Shown: in pieces, positions 9,142 through 19,500 of the stretch | How positions within the stretch are numbered: the first letter of the stretch is position 1 | Layout: every line of letters begins with the position of its first letter | Origin: Collimonas fungivorans Ter331 | GTDB lineage: Bacteria > Pseudomonadota > Gammaproteobacteria > Burkholderiales > Burkholderiaceae_D | NCBI RefSeq assembly: GCF_000221045.1 | Contig: NC_015856.1 | Span: 2,622,542-2,686,541, forward strand | Direction: 5' to 3' | DNA length: 64,000 bases | Notes under the pieces: model-generated | The model's database searches: none | What the model was told of the DNA's origin: nothing | What the model saw: only the letters and a program-made list of their open reading frames with translations | Position numbers and translations under genes: made by a program

Positions 9142-11547
9142 TCAGTTAATTGTGAAAAACAATAATTTTTCCGGATAATTCAAGCCTTCCAGCCGCGCGT
9201 TCCAGTAAGGCAGCATCAGGTTGGCGTGCGACACCACTTGCATGCGGCTGGTCCAGCGTTCGACCGGAGCCCGGTAATACACCCGCGCCTTGCCCATCGC
9301 CTGCAGGTAATCCTGCTTGATTTCGGTGTCGTAATCCTTGATCGGCGTGCGTCCCAGGTTGAACTTGCCTTCCGCTTTCAACGGCGACTTCATGGCGCCT
9401 ACCGTTTCCTGCAACCCGACCACGAACGATGGTCCCAGGTCCTTCAAGGCGTTGTCCTGTATTTCCTTGGAAGCGACAAACAGGTTGCTGGCCGCGCGGT
9501 CGCCGATCTGGTAGTTGCCGATGTTGGCGTCGCGCATTTCCCAGAAACCGAAACGTTCTGCCGGCAAGCCCATGTCGGCCGCCACCACGCCGCCCAGGCC
9601 GGGCCGCTGGAACAAGGTCTCGGTGCCGCGCGAGGTACGCATGTTGATGAGATCGATCAGATCGCCCAGGCCCAGCGCATTGAGCAGGAATTTCAGGAAA
9701 CCGTTGACATTGTTGAGCGGATCGCCGGCTGCTTCCTCGCCCATTGTAAATCCTTGTCCCAGTACATTCGATACGGAACCGGCCACATTGCTACCCAGGT
9801 TCGAGAGGCTCTGGAAATTCGCCGCCTGCTGCGCCAGTGCTGTCGCCAGCTCCACTTCCGGTTCGCCGCTGCCCGGACTCGGCGCATCCAGCGATGAGCC
9901 GGAAGCCGGCATGCCCGCGGGAGAGCCGCCCAGCACGCTGCTGGTGCTGCTGTTAAGCATGTTGATCACGCTTCCCGGCGAGTTGCTTGAATTGAGGCTG
10001 TTGCCGGCGGCTTCCAGCGCCGGCTCCAGCGGCGCCACGATGGCGTTGTTGAGCGTGCTGGTGGCACTGGCGGTAGCGGATTGCCCTTTCATCGCGCTGT
10101 TGCCGGCCGCCCTGGCGATATTCATGACGCCGCGGTTGTAGTATTTTTTTGCCGAACCGGCCGCCAGCGAAGCACATGCGCCACTCTTCCCGCCCAGGCG
10201 CGGCGCATAGATCTCACCGCTGGGCAGCGTGAAATACATGCAATCGTCGAGACCGGTCGCTTCGCCCCAATAGGCTTTTTTGGCAGCGTCGTCAGCCTTG
10301 ACCACATCCGAGAATTTTTTCATGTCCTCGGGAATTTCCTGGTTCGCATTCACACCCTGGCGGCCGACCTTGGACATGGTCACGGCGCCGGCAAGGGGAA
10401 TATGAATATTGAACAGGTGCGGATTGATGTCGATCACATCGAAGTTGCTCCAGCCGTAGGTGCCGTCCTGCATCTGCATCATGCGCGTGCCGCCGGTGCG
10501 TTCATATAGGCACATGATGGGGCTGACAATGACGCCCACCGTGTTCATGAAGGCCTCAATCACGGGGCCGACGACATCGGCTGCGACATTGCCCTTCAGC
10601 GCCGGCACGATCTGCTCCAGGCCGTTGGTTTCCAGGCCGGTCAGCATGCCGTTGATAGCGGAAAGATTGCAGCCGTCGACCGCCCACAGGCCAACCGCGT
10701 TCGGGAACAGGCGGCGGCCGCCGCTGCCGCTGGTGAAGTTGAACATTTCCTTCATCATCAGATGATGGACCAGGTTGAACTCAATCTTGTCCTTGTTATC
10801 CTTTTCCCCTGCCTCCTTCATCTTGTTCAAGCCGAGGAATTTGCGCGGCGGCTGGTGGAACTTGATCATGCTGCCGAAGTCCACCATGCTCTTACCGATC
10901 TGGTAGACGATGGTTTGCGGAATATATTCGGCCTGCGGTGCGTTGGCCGCCAGCAGGTCGTTCTGCATGCTGATCATGGAAGACACCGTGGTCGCCAGGT
11001 GCAGCTGCTGCGAGGCGAAGATCGCATAGTTGGACAGGGAAACGGTGGCGGTGCCGGCATTGGCCAGCACCTGGCTGGTCAAGCGCACGCCCTTCACTAT
11101 CTTTTCCCAGAAGTCGCCGAACTTGGAGATGGCGTTGGTGACGCCCGACAAGGCGGAGCCGATATAGGGAATGAATTTGGTCAGGGCAGCAATGCCCTTC
11201 AATACCGTGCTGTTATTTTTCCAGTACTGGTCCGACATGCCGACGCTCGACCACATCGCTGTCAACTGGCCGACCGCCTGGTAATTGGAAATCATGGCGC
11301 GATTGGTGTATGCGGTGTAGTTCAAGCCTTCGGCGGCAACGTTGGCTGTGCTGAAAGCGATGGCGTCGGCGGCATTCACCAACTGCCGCTTCTCGCTGGT
11401 CACCTGCGCCATGTTGTAGACCGCAAACAGGCCCACGCACAGTACCGCAAAAAAGAAGATGGCTATAGGCAGCACCGCGCCACGCTGACGCCAGCCGCCA
11501 TGAGTCCGGGATCTGCCGGCCCTGCCCTGTTCCGATGCCCGTTTCAC
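9142..11547 (-). CDS. tadG: TadG-like pilus assembly protein (Tad_N / TadE-G-like N-terminal domain), ~800 aa
   Basis: The N-terminus reads GAVLPIAIFFFAVLCVGLFAVYNMAQVTSEKRQLVNAADAIAFSTA (LQ.AADAAALAgA signature). The track start at 11571 is TTG with no RBS. An in-frame GTG at 11547 has a strong RBS AGGGAG. Confidence 0.65.
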   Translation of the reverse strand: MKRASEQGRAGRSRTHGGWRQRGAVLPIAIFFFAVLCVGLFAVYNMAQVTSEKRQLVNAADAIAFSTANVAAEGLNYTAYTNRAMISNYQAVGQLTAMWSSVGMSDQYWKNNSTVLKGIAALTKFIPYIGSALSGVTNAISKFGDFWEKIVKGVRLTSQVLANAGTATVSLSNYAIFASQQLHLATTVSSMISMQNDLLAANAPQAEYIPQTIVYQIGKSMVDFGSMIKFHQPPRKFLGLNKMKEAGEKDNKDKIEFNLVHHLMMKEMFNFTSGSGGRRLFPNAVGLWAVDGCNLSAINGMLTGLETNGLEQIVPALKGNVAADVVGPVIEAFMNTVGVIVSPIMCLYERTGGTRMMQMQDGTYGWSNFDVIDINPHLFNIHIPLAGAVTMSKVGRQGVNANQEIPEDMKKFSDVVKADDAAKKAYWGEATGLDDCMYFTLPSGEIYAPRLGGKSGACASLAAGSAKKYYNRGVMNIARAAGNSAMKGQSATASATSTLNNAIVAPLEPALEAAGNSLNSSNSPGSVINMLNSSTSSVLGGSPAGMPASGSSLDAPSPGSGEPEVELATALAQQAANFQSLSNLGSNVAGSVSNVLGQGFTMGEEAAGDPLNNVNGFLKFLLNALGLGDLIDLINMRTSRGTETLFQRPGLGGVVAADMGLPAERFGFWEMRDANIGNYQIGDRAASNLFVASKEIQDNALKDLGPSFVVGLQETVGAMKSPLKAEGKFNLGRTPIKDYDTEIKQDYLQAMGKARVYYRAPVERWTSRMQVVSHANLMLPYWNARLEGLNYPEKLLFFTIN

Positions 11548-11710
11548 TATGCGCTCCCTATCAGAAATCAATTATTGATGATTGACTGCCGGTCTCCGGC
11601 CAAACCAATTTTTACTTTTCTGATGAAAGTATTTTTCTGCTCGCAGCGGAAATTCCCGGCCGCGAAAAGCCCCGCCAAACGAAGCGTGCTAGTTGATATT
11701 CAAGGAATTT

Positions 11711-11738
11711 CTCCAGCCTGCGGCGACGCAGGCTGGAG
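11711..11738 (-). terminator. Perfect 12-bp stem-loop directly downstream of the flp pilin gene (attenuator/partial terminator)
   Basis: ctccagcctgcg-gcga-cgcaggctggag. There is no clear U-tract, so it is probably partial termination or mRNA stabilisation. Such hairpins are commonly found 3' of flp/pilA genes. Confidence 0.4.
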
Positions 11739-11748
11739 CGCAGATCGA

Positions 11749-12039
11749 TCAGCGGTTGTCGGTGCCGTAATCTTTCATGGTGCGTTGGGTAGCTGCCTTC
11801 TTGGTAGCATCTTTTGCCGCCGTACCAGCCGCGGTGATTTCTGTCGAACCATCATTGCCGGACAGTTCATTTGCCATGCCCGCTACCTGGTGGCGAATGA
11901 CGCCGCCAAAAGCAGCAAACACGCCGATGCTGACAACCGCAATCAGCGCCACGATGATGATGTATTCCGACATGCCTTGGCCGCGTTGGAGCAATGCGGT
12001 TTTGATGCGACGGGATGAAGCGTTTAATAAAGTTGCCAT
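11749..12039 (-). CDS. flp: Flp/Fap-family prepilin with extended C-terminal tail (96 aa)
   Basis: ATG at 12039 with RBS AGGAGA. MATLLNASSRRIKTALLQRG|QGMSEYIIIVALIAVVSIGVF shows the G/XXXXEY motif. A ~45-aa polar Thr/Ala/Lys-rich C-terminal extension is unusual for Flp. Confidence 0.7.
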   Translation of the reverse strand: MATLLNASSRRIKTALLQRGQGMSEYIIIVALIAVVSIGVFAAFGGVIRHQVAGMANELSGNDGSTEITAAGTAAKDATKKAATQRTMKDYGTDNR

Positions 12040-12219
12040 TTGAATCTCCTGAGGCTGGTGGTGGTGGGACAATTCCCTGTTGCTAAAACTGAGTACGTTC
12101 AATTTTTAGTCTATCCAGCTACCGTGTTTTCTATGTCTTCGCGAAACACTGTCGCAGCCTATCCCGCGCCATCGTCAACAACGATGGCGTGCCTGAATCA
12201 TTCGAATGATTTTTTTGTT

Positions 12220-12591
12220 TTACTTCACCGATGCAGCGGCGCGAGAATCGAACAATGCAATGCGCTCGGAGAGCCGGCGCCGGCGTTCGGTCAGCACGTC
12301 GATCAGACCATCCAGTTCGTGAAGTTTCTCTATATGCGGCGCCAGGTCCGCGGCGCCTTGTTTTGGATCAAAATTTTCGCTTCCGGAAGACTGCAAGAAA
12401 GTGCCAATCTGCCGCGTGCTGAAACCGCATTCAATCAGGTCCTTGATCTGCCTGACGATCTCCACTGTCTGCAGCGGGTAATCGCGGTAACCATTAGCCA
12501 GACGCTGCGACAGAATCAGTCCTTGCGACTCGTAGTAACGCAAAATACGTGCGCTTACTTTTGCTCGATTTGCTATTTCTCCTATTCGCAT
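12220..12591 (-). CDS. MerR-family transcriptional regulator
   Basis: MRIGEIANRAKVSARILRYYESQGLI...GYRDYP is a MerR HTH. It lies immediately upstream of the flp gene on the same strand and is flanked by an AT-rich tract. Confidence 0.8.
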   Translation of the reverse strand: MRIGEIANRAKVSARILRYYESQGLILSQRLANGYRDYPLQTVEIVRQIKDLIECGFSTRQIGTFLQSSGSENFDPKQGAADLAPHIEKLHELDGLIDVLTERRRRLSERIALFDSRAAASVK

Positions 12592-13504
12592 TTCGCCTTT
12601 GCCTTGTTAACAAATAAGCGGTCCGGATGGCGGTGCAAACAAGGTAAAGAGATGACAGATATTTTTGTGCCAGCTTTTCATAACGTATTGCGATCCGTCC
12701 GAATTGCCTGATCCGATTAATAAAACGTTCTACTAACTGCGGTCTTTTACACAGGTGAAGATATGCTACCAACCTTGTCACGAGGCGCCTGGAAACTACT
12801 GACGATACGCCGCGCAAGCGCTCGTCTCCTTGATTTGATGCAAGACATGTGCCATTCGAAGCGAATGTAAATACGTGTCTTTTATTGTCAAACAATGTTG
12901 AAGTAAGGTAACTATAGAACATTGACACTAATGAGAACGTCAAGAAAAAAATCACTTCATTCCATACAAGTGAGCAGTAATTCGTTGTTTAGTTGCAGCA
13001 ATATTTTTGTTTAGTGGCAATGATGTTTTGTTTAGTCGAAACAAAAATTGTCATCCATATTTCCCAGTGGCGAGGCCGATGTGCTGTCATTTTCGTCTCC
13101 ACAATACAATCGACTGCGAGCAGCCTTTCATTCGGAAAAGAAATGTTGAGGACAATATGTTTATGGTTTAAAAAGTTGAAAAATTAAGATTTAGGATGTA
13201 TCTCAAATCGTCAGAAAATGCTTGCGGCGCGTGTCCCCAAGTTGCTGCTGCGGATTTGGAAAAATTATTTTGATTTGAAAAAAAACGTAGCGATGCCACC
13301 ATTGTGGATTTGGCTCGCCACATGCGATGTCAAGGTTTAGTAAGGTTTGAGTTAGCTGAATATCGTCATTACAGCTTCCGTTCGGATCGGGCGGCATGCA
13401 TTAATCCGCTGCATTCGGCAGATGCGCCGCACTATTGTAGAACCGCCTTGGAAATCCCGAGATATTGTGTGCCGTTGCAGTGCAGCCATGATTGCCGTTT
13501 TTAT

Positions 13505-13540
13505 AAAAAAAAAAGCCCGGGCAGCAAGCGCGGCCCGGGC
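13505..13540 (-). terminator. Rho-independent terminator of the autotransporter gene
   Basis: On the minus strand: gcccgggc-cgcgcttgct-gcccgggc followed by a T10 run. It sits ~20 nt after the stop at 13561. Confidence 0.75.
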
Positions 13541-13560
13541 GTATCTGATGCAGGAGCAGA

Positions 13561-16500
13561 TCAGTTAAGCGGCAGTTCCAGGCCGAACATGATCGACTGG
13601 CTGCGGCCGTTGCCGACATTCAGATTGCTGCTGTAGTCGATCGTAAACATCACGCCATTGCGCATCACCAGCTTGGCGCCGAAGCCTGCGCTCCAGTTGC
13701 CGGTGTCCTGGCTGGTGGTATGGACGATATAGGCCGGCCCTGCCGCCGCCAGATCGGCGTAGGCCAGGCTGGCGTCGTCCTGTCCCTGGAACTGATGGCG
13801 GAATTCCAGCCGCGCGCGCGGTCCCCATGTGCCCAAACTCGTCACATACTGACCTTCCGCGCGCACACCCAGGCTGCCGCTGCTGGTGCGCACGGTCTGC
13901 TTGAAGTAAGTCAACGCATTGAGGCCGCTGGCGGTCTCTGTGTACTGGTCAAGCGTGGCCGACATCAGTTCTACCCGCCCATACGGCGACCACATCCAGT
14001 TTTGCTGGCGGAACTCGATGCCGCTGACGATGGCGCCGAACACCTGGTCGCCGTGCCGCAAGCCGGTGGCATAACCGCCGCCGTCGGTGATGTAACGCGT
14101 GGCGTTGAAATTCAGCGTACCGTAACCGAGGACACCGTCGATGAACACATTCTTGGTCGGACGCAAACTGCCGTACATGGCCGCCACCACGCTTTCCGCC
14201 GTGCTCTTGGTGCCGTTGTCGCCGACATCGCTGCTGTCGCGGCTAAAACCTGCGCCAAGGCCGATGCTGGCGAAATCGTTGATCCGGTAGTCGCCGCCGG
14301 CGCTGACGCCGTTAGTGGTGAAGCGGAATCCGGTCTGGCGGCCATTCACGTTGTGCTGGCCGAAATCGACCGCGCCGCCCATCCATAATGACAAGGGCTG
14401 CTTCGGATTGTCTTGGCGGGTCGGCATTTCCGGCAGGCCGGCGACTGTCGACTGCGTATCGTTGGCGGCCAGCACCGGTCCATTACCGCTGCCGTTGCCG
14501 CCCGCGGCTCCGGCCCTCTGCGCAGCCGCCGATTGCAATGGCCAGCCGACCTTGCGCATGTTCGGCTGCAACGGCGAGCCCAGCATGCGATCGACATCGC
14601 TGTTCTGCCACTGTGCGGCGTTGCTGCCCGGGCGGTCGGTTGTCGGCGGTGCAAAGCTCAGGCCGAATCCCGAGCTGCCCCAGCCGTCGCCGTGCAAACT
14701 TTCCAGGCGGCGGGTGAAGTTCGAGATCTGCGCGGTGGCGAAGCGCCTGGCGCTGTCGGCCTGCGCCGCCAGCAAACCGATCACTTCAGGATCGGTCGAC
14801 ATGTCGCGGCGCGGCGTCACGGTGATATTGACGCTGCCTGGCGCGGAAGTCGCAAAGGTGTTGCTCAGCGTGTAGCTGACCGCAACCGATCCGGCAAAGG
14901 TGCTGGCCGCGGTGAAGCTCATCTGGTACGCCGGCTTGCCGGCCGTGCCGACATCGCGGATCGCTGCGCTGCCCGCCGCTGCCGGCGATACTGTAACCAC
15001 GCTGGCGGCCGTGAACGGACCGCCGCTGGCGCCGGCCATCAGGTCGACATTCACCGTGGCGCCGGCGCTGACGGTGGCGCTATGGGCGCCGGCTACCGGC
15101 ATCGGATTGACGCTGATGGTTGCCATCACCGGCGCCGAGACCCCGAAGGCATTCGCCAGCGTGTAGCTGAAGCGGATATCGCCGCTGCTGCCTATCACCG
15201 AGGTATACAAGATATCGGTGCCGTTGACGACCGCAGTCCCGGCGCTCGGCGGACTGACAACCGCGGCTACGGTAAACGGACCGCCGCTGGCGCCGTTGGC
15301 GCCATGCACGGTGACCGCCTGGCCGGCCAGGACGGTGGCCGTTTGCGGCACGGCTACCGGCACTGCCAGCGGTGTCACGGCCACGGTCACGCTGGCCGGG
15401 GCCGAAGTGCCGCCTGGCCCGGTTGCGGTATAGCTAAGGCTATCGCTGCCGAAATAATTGCCGGCCGGCGTATAGACCACATTCAAGCCGCTGACGACGG
15501 CGCTGCCGTGTGCAGGTGCGGTGCTGATCGCAATGCTGGTGATCGGCCCGCTGTCGTTGGCCGTGACATTCACGGTTACCGGCTGGTTGGCTGTGGTAGC
15601 AGCGCTGTCGTTGACTGCAACCGGCTGCGCCTGCCCTACGCCAAGCGTCAATGCCTGTTGCCCGTTGAAATTCTGCGCATCCGTCGCGCGCACCGTGAAG
15701 CCAAAACTGCCTGCGGCGGTTGGCGTTCCGCTCAGCAGACCGGTTGTGGCATTCAAAGTCAGCCCGGCCGGCAAGCTGCCTGCAGCTATCGTAAAGGCAT
15801 ACGGCGCGATGCCGCCGCTGGCCGCGAATTGCTGGCTGTATGCGATGTTGACCTTGGCCGCGGCCATTACCCCTGGCGTCACGCTGATGGTCGGCGCGCC
15901 AACATTCAAGGTGTAGCTGACGGTAGCACTGAACGGCGCACCGACGCCGCTGCTGCTGTCGCTGGCGCGGATGCTGACAGTAAAGCTGCCGCTCTGGTTG
16001 GTAGTGCCGGACAACACACCAGTGGCCGAGTTGAGCGTCAAGCCGGTTGGCAAGGCGCCGCCGGTCATGGCAAAACTGTATGGTGCTGTACCGCCGGCGG
16101 CCGTCAGCGTGGCGGTATAGGCGGCCTCCGCGGTCGGATTGGGCAAGGTCGCTGGATTCAAGGTCACCGCCGCGGCGGCGATCGCCAGGCTATAAGCCTG
16201 GCTGCCGCTGAAGCTGTTCGCATCCAGCGCTCTTACCGTGAAACTGAAAGTGCCGGCAGCACTCGGTGTCCCGCTTAAAGCGCCGGTCGAGGCGTTCAGC
16301 GTGACACCGGCCGGCAACGCACCGCTGGTCAGGCTATAGGCATAGGGCGCGGCGCCGCCGCTGGCGCTGATTGTCGCGCTATAACCGAGCGCCACCGTGC
16401 CGCCGGCAATACTGCTCGGCGCCAGGCTGATGCTCGGCGCCGCCACCGCCAGCGTGTAGCTGCTCTGCACGCTGAATGGCGCACCGGCGCCGGTGCTGCT

Positions 16501-19500
16501 GTCGGTAGCGCGCACCGTGATCGGGAAGCTGCCGGCTTGTACAGTAGTGCCGGACAATACGCCGGTGCCGGGATTTAGCGTGATGCCGCTCGGCAGGGTG
16601 CCGGAAGTCAAGGCATAGCTATAGGACGCGGTGCCGCCGGCGGCGCTGAACGTCACGCTGTACGGCGCGGCAACGGCTGCCGCCGGCAGCGAAGCCGGCG
16701 TCAGCGTCAGGGTCGGCACGCCGACCGCGACGGTGTAGGCGCGGGTCCCGGCAAAACCGTTGGCGTCGCTGGCGCGCACCGTGAAGTTGAAACTGCCGGC
16801 CGCGGTCGGCGTCCCCGACAGCGCCCCGCTGCTGCCATTCAGCGATACGCCAGTCGGCAAGGCGCCGGCCGAGATGATATAAGAGTAGGCGCCGATGCCG
16901 CCGCTGGCGCTGATCGAAGCTGAGTACGATGCGGCGATTGCGCCGCCCGGCAAGCTGGCCGGCGTCAGGCTGATGGTCGGCGCGCTGATCGCCAGCGTAT
17001 AGCCGATAGCGATCGAGAATGGCGCGCCGGCGCCGGTCGACTGATCGGTAGCCGTGACGGTAACCGGGAAGTTGCCGCTCTGGGTTGGCGTGCCAGACAG
17101 CGTGGCGGTAGCCGCATTCCAGCTCAAGCCTGTCGGCAGGCTGCCTGACAGCACATAAGTGTATGGTGCAACGCCGCCGCTCGCGGAGAATGTCTGGCTG
17201 AATGGCGCGCCGTAGACCGGCGTCAGCGTCGGGCCGGCTGGCGTCAAGGTCATGGTCGGCGCTGCTACCGTCAGCGTAAAGGCCTGGGATTTTGTGAAAG
17301 GCCCGGTGCCGGTGCTGCTGTCGGTCGCCGCTGCCGTGACCGAGAAACTGCCGGCGACCGTGGGCGTACCGGAAATCGTCACGCTGCTGGCGCCGCTCCC
17401 GGTCACCGTCAATCCTGCCGGCAGGCCGCTCACGCTATAACCCGAATAAGGCGCGCTGCCGCCGCTCCAGGTCAGGGTCTGGCTATAGCTGATGCCGTCG
17501 ACCGCTGACCACGATGCGGACGGCGTAATCACCAGCGTCGGCGCGCTCACCGTCACCGAGACGGTCGCCGGGCTCGAGGTACCGGCGCCGTTGGTTGCGG
17601 TATAGGTGAACGCATCGCTGCCGGCATAACCTGCTGTCGGCGTATAGGTGATGCTGGTGCCGCTGGCAGTGGCCGTGCCGTGCGTTGCAGCCGATGCGAC
17701 CGCCACTGAAGTCGACACGCCGCCGCTCAGGTTGAGCGTGATTGCATTGGCCGAACTGCCATAGGCAACTATGGCACTGACCGCACCGGCAACCGGCAGG
17801 CCGGGAGCGACAGTCACCGAGTAGGCGCGCGATCCGGTGTAGGGACCGGCGCCGGTAGAACTATCGGTAGCCGTGACCGTGAAATTGAACGGGCCAGCTG
17901 CGGTCGGGGTACCGGTCAGCGCACCGGTGGCTGACAATGACAAACCAGGCGGCAAGGCGCCGGCGCTGATGCTGTAGGCATAGGAGGAAGTCCCGCCGCT
18001 TGCGGTCACGTTCTGACTGACGCTGGCGCCGACAGTCATGGCGGCCAGAGTGGTTGGACTGAGCGTGATGGTCGGCGCATTGACCGTGAATGAATACGCC
18101 CGCGCGCTGTTATACGGACCAGTCCCGGTTGAACTGTCTGTAGCCCGAACGGTGAAATTGAAAGTACCGCCAGCGGTTGGCGTGCCTGACAGCACACCGG
18201 CAGACGACACCGACATGCCAGCTGGCAAGGCGCCTGCCGTGAGCGCATAAGTGTAGGGAGCGGTGCCGCCGCTGGTAGTGAAATTCAAGCTGCCATAGGC
18301 GGCGGCTACCAAAGCCGGCGGCACGGTGGTCGGCAAGATGTTCATCGTTGGCGGACTGATGACGAGGCTATAGGCGAGCGAACCGGAAAAACTGTTCTGG
18401 TCGGTAGCCCTGACCGTGAAGTTGAACGTGCCGCCGGCAGTCGGCGTGCCTGACAAGGTGCCGGTGCTGGACAATGACATTCCGGCCGGCAGCGCGCCGG
18501 CGGTGATTGCGAATGTATAAGGTAATGTTCCCCCGCTGCCTGTTAACGGGCCGCCGATATATGCCGCACCCACGGTACCGGCAGGTAATGTCGATGGAGT
18601 GACGACGATGACCGGCGTCGCGTTGATCACGATTGTCATGTTCTGGGCTTGGGAAAATGGACCAGTGCCGGTAGTGCTGTCAGTGTACTTGACGGAAAAA
18701 GTAGAGCTGCCGACTGCTGTCGGAGTTCCGGAAATCAAGCCGCTGGACGACATGCTCAGGCCCGGCGGCAGGGTTCCCAACCCGACCTGCACCGAATAAC
18801 TGTATGGCGCCGTGCCGCCGCTGGTGCCGAGCTGCTGGCTGTACGGCAGCGATACCGTGCCGGCGGGCGGACTGCTCGGCGACAATGCCATTACCGGCAC
18901 GGCAACGACCATCGAGTAGGTTTTAGTGGTGGCCAGCGCAGTCGGCGTAGTCGAATCGTGCACCCCGACGGTAAAGGTGAATGGGCCAGCCGCGGTTGGC
19001 GTGCCCGTGATCGCACCCGCAGACGACAAGCTCAGCCCCGCCGGCAGGCTGCCGGAAGAAAGCGAATAGACATAAGGTGCAACACCGCCCGAGGAACTCA
19101 AGGTCTGGCTGTAGCTGTTACCGATCAAAGGTGTTGGCAGGCCGGCGGGGGTTACCGTGATGGGCGAAGCCGCCGGCAGGATCGTAACCGTAAATACAAG
19201 CGGATGGTTCAGCTCGTCTTGGATGGTGAATGTATCAGATAGGGCGCCATCGCCATTGTTGACATAGGTTACGATACCAGTGCCGTTTCCCACGGCTGGA
19301 TCTACATCCGGAATACTACCGTGCAGAGGCAAAACCGAGATTCCAGTGAAGCCAAATGTCGAACAGCTCGACAGGTCCGTGCTAGCCGAGCCACCCGACG
19401 CAACGGTCATGGTCTGAGTCGGCGCACAAGGAGCCGCATACACCAAGTTTGCCCAACCAAAAATCACTGAGAACAACAAACCAAACATGATCCGGACTAC

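Noticed and set aside
12494-12955. 153-aa minus-strand ORF in the AT-rich tract
   Set aside because: It overlaps the MerR gene out of frame. It has a low-complexity hydrophobic/basic translation, no RBS, and sits in a compositionally non-coding tract.
14413-16278. 621-aa plus-strand ORF and neighbours
   Set aside because: Antisense to the autotransporter repeat region. The Arg/Gly/Ala-rich translation lacks domain signatures. The minus-strand frame explains the region fully.
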